Below, piece by piece: positions 22,060 through 27,554 of a stretch of 32,000 nucleotides of DNA; position 1 is the first letter of the stretch, and every line of letters starts with the position of its first letter. Position numbers and translations under genes: made by a program. Below the pieces are notes generated by a model. That model saw nothing but the letters and a program-made list of their open reading frames with translations, did no database searches and was not told the origin of the DNA. Origin of the DNA: an archaeon GW2011_AR10 (GTDB taxonomy: Archaea; Iainarchaeota; Iainarchaeia; Iainarchaeales; GW2011-AR10); contig CP010424.1 of NCBI GenBank assembly GCA_000830275.1, positions 1,050,001 to 1,082,000 on the forward strand, in the 5' to 3' direction.

Positions 22060-24123
22060 TCATTCAATGCCTTGGCTGACAGGCACGGTTACCCCATTTT
22101 CGTCTTTTTCTCTTTCAAGAATGTAGAGGGTGCTGCTTGCAGCATTGGTCATTTCCCTGTCATGGGTTATGATAAAGATTTGCTCCACTAATTCAGGCAG
22201 ATGCTCTTTCATCATTTTGCTTAAACCTGAGACAGTGCTGCTGTCAAGGTTGTGGGTTGGCTCGTCTAGAATAAGCCAGCCAAGGTTCTGGGTTAAGACA
22301 AGTGAAACCGCTATTCTAACGGTTATTGCAGCTGCAGAGCGCTCTCCACCGCTTAATATGCCTTCAGTGTTCACCCACTTTCCATCCATTTCCTTAACCT
22401 CAATTTCATAGTTTCCTGCTTCATTTATGTGAACTCGTGCACTCACATAGTCATTGTAAGGGTAAATTCTGGGCCATATGTCCTCCATTGCATCATTTAC
22501 TGCGTCAATCAAAGTTGTCCTCAGCTCTGTTTGCGCAGCCCTCAGCGCGTTAATGAACAGCGAAAACTTTTCATTTGTCCCCTCAATTTCCTTGGTGGTT
22601 TCCTCCAGCTCCCTGATTTTTTCAAGCTGTTGTTTCACTGCCTTGATGTGCTGGCTTAGTTCTGCTATAAATTCTTCATCCAAAGAAATCTCTTTTCTAA
22701 CCGAACTTGCTGACTCTTTTAATTCAGTTGCAAGGTTGCGTTTCTTCTGCAGTTTTTCTTCATCAAACTCAAGGCCACTCAACTGCTTTTCAAGTTTCTC
22801 TTTTTCTTCTTTTAGGGCAATTGCTTCTTGCTGTTTTTTTCCAGCGTTTTTTGCCTTTTCCAGAAGCTCCCGTAGTTCAAGTCCATGCTCCTTTAATTTT
22901 TCAATTGCTTCTTCTTTCAGCCTGATATTCTCCTCGTTTTCTGAGATTTTTTCCACAGCTTGTTTTTCCTTTCTTTCAACTGTTTTCATTTCCTGAATAA
23001 TTTTTTGCCGTTCAGCGTTGTTTTCATCAATCAACTCTTTCTTTGTGTGCTCTTCGAGTTTCCTCCTGCACACAGGGCACTCGGCTTTTGCTTCAGCCAA
23101 TCCAACTGAAGACTCTTTAAGCTCAAATGCTTTCTGTTCTAACAGCCCTTTGCTCTGAAGCAAGTGGTTCAATTCTTTTTGCAGCAACTTTTCATTCTCC
23201 TTCAGTTCCTTTGCCTGCTTCTCTTTTTCTGCGACTTTTATTTTCAGCTCCTTGGAATTCGCTTCAATTTCTTCAAGGCTCTTTCCCATAGTTTTTGCCC
23301 TGATTTCTTCAAGGCTTTTCTGTGTTTCCTCTATTTTGGTTTCAGTTTTAACAATCAGTTCCTTAAAGAACTTGAACTCTTTCTCCTTTTTCTCCATCTC
23401 TTCCACTGCTTTGCTCACTTCAAGCAGCTTGGATTTCTTTTGTTCCAGCGATTTTTTAAGCTCGCCTATTTTTTCTTCTTTCTCTTTTCTTTTTTTCTCG
23501 GTTTCCTCCAGCTGCTTTGAGTCAAATGACTTTCTTTGCTCTTCAACCCATTTTTTTCTTTCCAAAACATCCCTTTTCAGCCGGTTCAAAACGCTTATGG
23601 CATTGCTTCTTACTCTCTCATACCGGTTCAGCTGCAGCAGGTCATCAAACTTTTCTTTCCGCTGCGAAGCATTAAGCTTCAAAAAAAAGTCTATCTGGTT
23701 TTGTTCAGAGTATACGCCTCTGCTGAACAGCTCGTAAGGAATCTCGGTTAACTCCTCTATTTTTCTAGTGACATCAGTTGGTTGCGGTCCGGCAATAAGC
23801 CGGTCTTCCTCAAAAAGCTTCGCTTGGTTAGAGCCGTGCCTTTTCACTATTCTTTCAACAGAATAATTCTTCCCGTTGTAGTCAAACCCGACTTTGATTA
23901 TGGATTCGCTTTGGATTGTTGGCTTTGCCATTATAATTTCTTCCAGCTTCAATGCCCGTGCATTCAGTTCAGGAAAAGTCCCATACAGGGCAAAAGAAAT
24001 CGCGTTCATAACTGAGCTTTTTCCAGAGCCCATTTTTCCGATTAAGACATTTGTGCCTTTGCCAAACTCAAACTCTGACTTGGCGTGACTGCGCCAGTTC
24101 TCCAAATAAACTCTCTTAATCAT
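22060..24123 (-). CDS. rad50: Rad50 SMC-like ATPase (short form, 687 aa)
   Basis: The N-terminus is MIKRVYLENWRSH. Walker A is GKMGSGKSS. The zinc-hook CPVC lies at 23068-23079. The signature motif is LSGGERSAAAI and Walker B is LILDEPTHNLD. I trimmed the start to ATG 24123, which has the SD GGGGGT 8 nt upstream. The track start at 24150 would run into the repeat region. Confidence 0.9.
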   Translation of the reverse strand: MIKRVYLENWRSHAKSEFEFGKGTNVLIGKMGSGKSSVMNAISFALYGTFPELNARALKLEEIIMAKPTIQSESIIKVGFDYNGKNYSVERIVKRHGSNQAKLFEEDRLIAGPQPTDVTRKIEELTEIPYELFSRGVYSEQNQIDFFLKLNASQRKEKFDDLLQLNRYERVRSNAISVLNRLKRDVLERKKWVEEQRKSFDSKQLEETEKKRKEKEEKIGELKKSLEQKKSKLLEVSKAVEEMEKKEKEFKFFKELIVKTETKIEETQKSLEEIRAKTMGKSLEEIEANSKELKIKVAEKEKQAKELKENEKLLQKELNHLLQSKGLLEQKAFELKESSVGLAEAKAECPVCRRKLEEHTKKELIDENNAERQKIIQEMKTVERKEKQAVEKISENEENIRLKEEAIEKLKEHGLELRELLEKAKNAGKKQQEAIALKEEKEKLEKQLSGLEFDEEKLQKKRNLATELKESASSVRKEISLDEEFIAELSQHIKAVKQQLEKIRELEETTKEIEGTNEKFSLFINALRAAQTELRTTLIDAVNDAMEDIWPRIYPYNDYVSARVHINEAGNYEIEVKEMDGKWVNTEGILSGGERSAAAITVRIAVSLVLTQNLGWLILDEPTHNLDSSTVSGLSKMMKEHLPELVEQIFIITHDREMTNAASSTLYILEREKDENGVTVPVSQGIE

Positions 24124-24164
24124 TAAACGGTAACCCCCGTTCGGCTGCAAAGTCAGCCGGCACC

Positions 24165-24266
24165 TTGTACGTGTCCTTCCTTCGGAAGGACGGTAGTTCG
24201 TTCTCAGTTTGCAAGTTGTACGTGTCCTTCCTTCGGAAGGATGGTAGTTCGTTCTCAGTTTGCAAG
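24165..24266 (+). repeat. Two tandem 51-nt repeats, each with an 8-bp inverted repeat GTCCTTCC-TTC-GGAAGGAC
   Basis: The unit TTGTACGTGTCCTTCCTTCGGAAGGACGGTAGTTCGTTCTCAGTTTGCAAG occurs twice, at 24165-24215 and 24216-24266, with 1 mismatch. That mismatch (C to T) turns G-C into G-U on a + strand RNA but into an A-C mismatch on a - strand RNA. Confidence 0.9.
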
Positions 24267-24338
24267 TTGTGCCGTGCGTTGCATGGCATTGGCCTGCCTT
24301 TTAGGTCTCGCACAATTGGTGTCATAACTAAAATTATA

Positions 24339-24424
24339 GCAAAACGCTTAAGTAATTGAACATTGAACTTGCGTTTTGCATCTAGCAAACAGCAATAAAA
24401 AGTTCAAAAATATAAGCTGTTTGC
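24339..24424. repeat. Two related 9-bp inverted repeats, each enclosing a 22-23 nt AT-rich loop
   Basis: The first pair is GCAAAACGC (24339-47) / GCGTTTTGC (24371-79). The second pair is GCAAACAGC (24385-93) / GCTGTTTGC (24416-24). On the minus strand the loops contain T5 tracts, which could terminate aEF-1beta. TATAATTTTAG follows and could be the rad50 TATA box. Confidence 0.6.
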
Positions 24425-24443
24425 TATAGTAGTTAAAATTATT

Positions 24444-24707
24444 TTAAAGTAAGGTCATCTGCTCTAATTCTGCGTCCTCAACGGTTTTTAGGGCCTTTAT
24501 TTTGCTTGTTACGTCCTCGATTGCCATTTCATCCTTTTCTGGCACCAGCACGCCAAGCTTTAAGACTTCAATTCCAAAGCCTATTGGCTCACGCTTTACA
24601 TCCTTAACCTTGCAGTTCTTCAGCTGCCTTAAATCCTGCTCGGTTTCAGCTAGCTTTTCTGGGTCCTTTGGTATGACCTTGAAAACCGCAAAAGTGCTTC
24701 CAACCAT
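24444..24707 (-). CDS. ef1b: Translation elongation factor aEF-1beta
   Basis: FKVIPKDPE...REPIGFGIEVLKLGVLVPEKD...VEDAELEQMTLL matches aEF-1beta. The SD GGAGGT lies 7 nt upstream. Confidence 0.9.
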   Translation of the reverse strand: MVGSTFAVFKVIPKDPEKLAETEQDLRQLKNCKVKDVKREPIGFGIEVLKLGVLVPEKDEMAIEDVTSKIKALKTVEDAELEQMTLL

Positions 24708-24746
24708 AAACTGCGACCTCCGTTTTAACTGAAACCGCAGTTAACT

Positions 24747-24796
24747 AAAACTTTGGCAACTGAAATATGTTTAATTATTTCTTTCGCCAAAGTTTT
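24747..24796. promoter_or_regulatory. Perfect 11-bp inverted repeat AAAACTTTGGC-N28-GCCAAAGTTTT bracketing an AT-rich TATA-like core
   Basis: The arms lie at 24747-24757 and 24786-24796. The loop contains TTTAATTATTT, which could serve as a TATA box for aEF-1beta (minus strand) or for a + strand transcript starting near 24802. Confidence 0.5.
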
Positions 24797-24800
24797 ACAC

Positions 24801-24920
24801 GGTGTGCCATACTCCTTTCAGTTGTATGGCACTGGCTCGGCTCTTGCGAGCCTCGCAAAATGGTAACCTCAATTTACGAGGTGTGGCATTTTCAGTGCCA
24901 CGTGCTCGTTTCACTCGCAT
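24801..24920. ncRNA. Candidate structured RNA or structured spacer with four consecutive hairpins; function unknown
   Basis: H1 is GTGCCATAC-N11-GTATGGCAC (24804-24832). H2 is GGCTCG-GCTCTTG-CGAGCC (24834-24852). H3 is CCTC-N7-GAGG (24867-24881). H4 is GTGGCA-TTTTCAG-TGCCAC (24883-24901). The loops of H1 and H4 share TTTCAGT with the hairpin at 25329-25347. There is no ORF. The strand is undetermined. Confidence 0.35.
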
Positions 24921-24931
24921 AAATTAACCCA

Positions 24932-25087
24932 TTATGGGCCAACAAACCCGCATTTCTTGCAGGTGTAAGTTTTAGAGGTTGCCCGCGCCTTATGTGAGCG
25001 CACAATCCATTCTTCAAAACAGCCAGGGCACCTGAATTCCACAAAGTCGCCGATGACCTGCGTGTTAGTTGTACTGCAAATCTTCAT
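24932..25087 (-). CDS. Small Zn-ribbon protein (COG2888-like, typically linked to aEF-1beta)
   Basis: MKICSTTNTQVIGDFVEFRCPGCFEEWIVRSHKARATSKTYTCKKCGFVGP follows the C..C...CP.CG...C..C...Y.C..CGF.GP pattern. The track N-terminal extension to 25216 reads through intergenic repeats (APPKPF/APPKLF) and is rejected. Confidence 0.75.
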   Translation of the reverse strand: MKICSTTNTQVIGDFVEFRCPGCFEEWIVRSHKARATSKTYTCKKCGFVGP

Positions 25088-25146
25088 TTCAATCAAACCA
25101 AAGTTTAAATAATTAGGGTTATACGTAATTCCTATAGAGTATCCTT

Positions 25147-25212
25147 TAAAAAGCTTTGGCGGAGCCACTTTTTTGCAAACCTTTTGTTGAAAAGGTTTTG
25201 GTGGAGCCAGAG
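25147..25212. repeat. Composite intergenic module: direct repeats AAAAG(C/G)TTTGG(C/T)GGAGCCA flanking the palindrome AAACCTTTT-GTTG-AAAAGGTTT
   Basis: DR1 lies at 25148-25168 and DR2 at 25189-25210. The palindrome arms lie at 25177-25185 and 25190-25198. The module is homologous to 3527-3573. The box GCTTTTTAAAGG (25143-25154, minus strand) is the probable Zn-ribbon gene promoter. Confidence 0.6.
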
Positions 25213-25220
25213 CCAATAAA

Positions 25221-25294
25221 GGGCCTATAGCTTAGTGGACCAGAGCAAACGGCTTCGGACCGTTAGATCGGGGGTTCGAGTCCCTCTAGGCCCG
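25221..25294 (+). tRNA. tRNA-Arg (anticodon UCG), no intron
   Basis: The cloverleaf was read directly. Acceptor stem is GGGCCTA/TAGGCCC with discriminator G. D-arm is GCTT-AGTGGACCA-GAGC. Anticodon arm is AACGG-CTTCGGA-CCGTT. Variable loop is AGATC. T-arm is GGGGG-TTCGAGT-CCCTC. Confidence 0.95.
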
Positions 25295-25391
25295 TAAAAA
25301 CGGAAAGCTCCGTTTGCGAGCTGTACGTGTCCAACTTTCAGTGGGACGGTAGTACTGCTTCAGCCAGCGAGGTGCCTGTAAAACGGAAAAT
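25294..25391 (+). repeat. Copy D of the hairpin-repeat family, bracketed by the direct repeats GTAAAAACGGAAA / GTAAAACGGAAA
   Basis: The direct repeats lie at 25294-25306 and 25378-25389. The core CTGTACGTGTCCAACTTTCAGTGGGACGGTAGT shares TGTACGTGTCC and GGACGGTAGT with the 24165-24266 repeats, but has a different stem-loop (GTCCAAC-TTTCA-GTGGGAC). The hairpin AAACGGA-AAGC-TCCGTTT lies at 25298-25315. Confidence 0.6.
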
Positions 25392-25407
25392 ATTTAAAAT
25401 TTGAGGA

Positions 25408-26091
25408 ATGAAAATGCCGCGGCCAAGAAAAAGATTGGAAAGGAAAAAGCCAGTTTATGGTACAGGGGCGATGGAGGGAGTAGAGTCAATAGTAAAAAGA
25501 CTTAAAGGAAGAAAACTTGTTCACAAAGTATTCCGTTTGGGTTGGCTTGAAAAACACCTTGATTTTGGCGGAAATTTAAGGTGGATTTCTGAAAGATATG
25601 GAACAATGATGCAAGACGCAAGAAGAGACTCCAACCTAATGGGTAGAAAAAGTCTTCATACAATTCCGCCAAACCAGTGGAAAATGTCAACCTTTATATT
25701 GGCAGGCCATTCGGTGGATGTAATTAATACTGCAAGAAGGCTTGGAATTCCAACGCCAAAAGTTTTTAGGTCAGTTTTGGTTGACAAAAAATATTACGCT
25801 ATCGAAATGAGTGACTTATCGAAGCGCGGCACAACTATCCTTGCTGGTCATCAGCTAAATTACGCACAGTATCAGAGAGGCATAAGCAATTATGAAGAAT
25901 TAATGCGACAAATATGGGGGGATACAGAAAAATTGGGCAAGGCAGGTTATGTGGAAAGCTCACAACACTTACCTTTTGGGGGCTGGCTGATCAGAGTTAA
26001 CAATAAAACCAAGATTGCGGAACGGTTCTTTGTTGATGCAACAAACTTCGTTTACATAAAAGAACCAGAAATTGTAAAAAAGAAAAAATGA
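25408..26091 (+). CDS. Hypothetical basic protein; possibly a degenerate protein-kinase-like fold
   Basis: ORF track entry. The N-terminus is PRPRKRLERKK. The segments ARRLGIPTPKVF...KYYAIEMSDL and ERFFVDATNF loosely resemble RIO/Bud32-type hinge and DFG-like regions, but no H.D catalytic loop is visible. The start could be ATG 25414, which has GAGG 7 nt upstream. Confidence 0.45.
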   Translation: MKMPRPRKRLERKKPVYGTGAMEGVESIVKRLKGRKLVHKVFRLGWLEKHLDFGGNLRWISERYGTMMQDARRDSNLMGRKSLHTIPPNQWKMSTFILAGHSVDVINTARRLGIPTPKVFRSVLVDKKYYAIEMSDLSKRGTTILAGHQLNYAQYQRGISNYEELMRQIWGDTEKLGKAGYVESSQHLPFGGWLIRVNNKTKIAERFFVDATNFVYIKEPEIVKKKK

Positions 26092-26092
26092 T

Positions 26093-27490
26093 TCAGTATT
26101 CCCCGAATTCCTCTTTTCCTTTAAGGTAAGAGGAGAACCATTCCTTGAATGCCTTGTTTTTATTGTAGAAAGCCAAGACTTTGGGGTCAGCCATTACTCC
26201 TGACCTTTTCTTTAGTGCCCTTGCAATATTGGCTTTTTCAGTCTGGCTCAATTTTTTCAGTAGTTCCTTCAGGAAAATTGTTGCAACCCAGTGCTTTCTT
26301 TCAATTTCCACAACCCATCTTCCATGTTCAATGCGGGGCCCACTCAACGGGTTTTTGTGAAATTTCAGGAATCTTTCGCTGTGCGGTTCATTTGTTACTT
26401 CAGGCCCAACTCTTTTAGCTGCTCTTTCCAGCTTGTTGGACTTTAAGTCAAAAACTATCACTGCATGCATTTTTTCATCAGTCCACTCAGATGAACGCAG
26501 AACCGCAAACTCTTTTCTTTCAAGCTCGTTAACAATTTTTTTCCGCATTCTTTTCAGCTGCCCCCAGAAAACATCTGAAACAGTTTTTGCAGGGTAAGAG
26601 AACTCTATTACAATCAGGCCCTCTTTTTCAATGAACTTTTTTGCCTGTGCTGCAGTCAAAGTCTTTGCTTTCTTTCCGAAGAAAAAATTTGTGGAAGGCT
26701 TTTTCAGGAAAGCCCGCGCAGCAGCAATGACTCTGGAGAACTGGTTCAATGAGAGTGCAGCGGCAACGTTCCTGTTTTTGTCAACAGGGTCAACTACAAT
26801 TAGTGGCGCTCCAAACGTTTTCCTTGCATAATCTTCAGCTAACTGTTTTTCAATGTCAATAACTTCTTCTTTCTCCCATTTTGCAACTGCTTTGATAGTG
26901 CTCTCAAAGTCCCCGTAATTCAGAATAAGCAGCTCCGTTACATAGCCCGGAACAGAGCTTGTCTTAAGCTCCGCGCCGTACGCCTTAACCCCTTTCAGGA
27001 ATTGCCTTAACAGCCTTACCTCGTCCTTTTGTTTTTCGCTTAATTTTTTTTGAAGGTAAGCGTTGTGGAACGGGCTCCTGTCAACAGCGCTTTTTTTTGA
27101 TTCAGTGCCAGTTATTTTGTAGCTTGGCACAATGTCCACTTTGAAACCGCTTATCTCGCCCCGAATGTAGGGGTGCTCTGAGTAAGCTTTCTCCCACTTG
27201 TGGCCCCTGAAAACTGCCTTTCCAATCCTCAGGCCCTCTCGTTCAAATTCTTTCCTTGAATAGTCTTCAGGGAAAAGAACAAAAATGTCAATGTCTCTGT
27301 CACCTTTCAAATGCGTGCCCCGTGCAAGGCTTCCCGCGAGCAATACCTCAACCTGCCCTCTGCCAGTTTTCCTTACTTTTTCAATCAGCTTTCGCGAAAA
27401 AATTTCCTCTTCCAAGATTTCTTTTTTGCTTGGCTTGATTTTTTCCAGGACTTTTGCGAGAAGCTGCTTTATTTTAATCACCCAAATCAA
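26093..27490 (-). CDS. cca: Class I (archaeal) CCA-adding tRNA nucleotidyltransferase
   Basis: LAGSLARGTHLKGDRDIDIFVLFP is the Pol-beta-type NTase motif (GS...DiD). The downstream RSPFHNAYL and the overall length are typical of archaeal CCA enzymes. The TTG start was not verified. Confidence 0.85.
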   Translation of the reverse strand: MIWVIKIKQLLAKVLEKIKPSKKEILEEEIFSRKLIEKVRKTGRGQVEVLLAGSLARGTHLKGDRDIDIFVLFPEDYSRKEFEREGLRIGKAVFRGHKWEKAYSEHPYIRGEISGFKVDIVPSYKITGTESKKSAVDRSPFHNAYLQKKLSEKQKDEVRLLRQFLKGVKAYGAELKTSSVPGYVTELLILNYGDFESTIKAVAKWEKEEVIDIEKQLAEDYARKTFGAPLIVVDPVDKNRNVAAALSLNQFSRVIAAARAFLKKPSTNFFFGKKAKTLTAAQAKKFIEKEGLIVIEFSYPAKTVSDVFWGQLKRMRKKIVNELERKEFAVLRSSEWTDEKMHAVIVFDLKSNKLERAAKRVGPEVTNEPHSERFLKFHKNPLSGPRIEHGRWVVEIERKHWVATIFLKELLKKLSQTEKANIARALKKRSGVMADPKVLAFYNKNKAFKEWFSSYLKGKEEFGEY

Positions 27491-27554
27491 GTAATAGATT
27501 ATAAATAGTAGAATATCATTAAATATAATGGTTTAAGAGTTTGCTTGGAAAGCG

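Noticed and set aside
22130-24088. Many + strand ORFs inside rad50 (for example 22478..22996 and 23252..23737) rich in S, F and L.
   Set aside because: They are a typical antisense artefact of a K/E-rich coiled-coil gene, because GAA/AAG codons read as TTC/CTT. Their composition is low-complexity and they have no start context.
24165-24266. Possible CRISPR array.
   Set aside because: The two repeats are directly adjacent with no spacers, and only two units are present. No cas genes are in the window.
24116-24388. ORFs on both strands across the tandem repeat (24116..24388 minus, 24165..24359 plus, the latter encoding YVSFLRKDGSSFSVCKL twice).
   Set aside because: The frames are open only because a 51-nt (17-codon) stop-free unit is duplicated. 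Openness on both strands and the hairpin symmetry point to a nucleic-acid-level element. The minus ORF is also just an upstream extension of rad50 beyond its SD-supported ATG. This is kept as a caveat in the repeat finding.
24124-25407. Replication origin (ORB-like dyads with a CAGTGG core, repeats in both orientations, several AT-rich stretches).
   Set aside because: No orc1/cdc6 gene is adjacent. The repeats are spread over three spacers interrupted by expressed genes. There is no long AT-rich unwinding element. Similarity to ORB consensus is limited to a hexamer. This cannot be excluded without a GC-skew or marker-frequency analysis of the whole contig.
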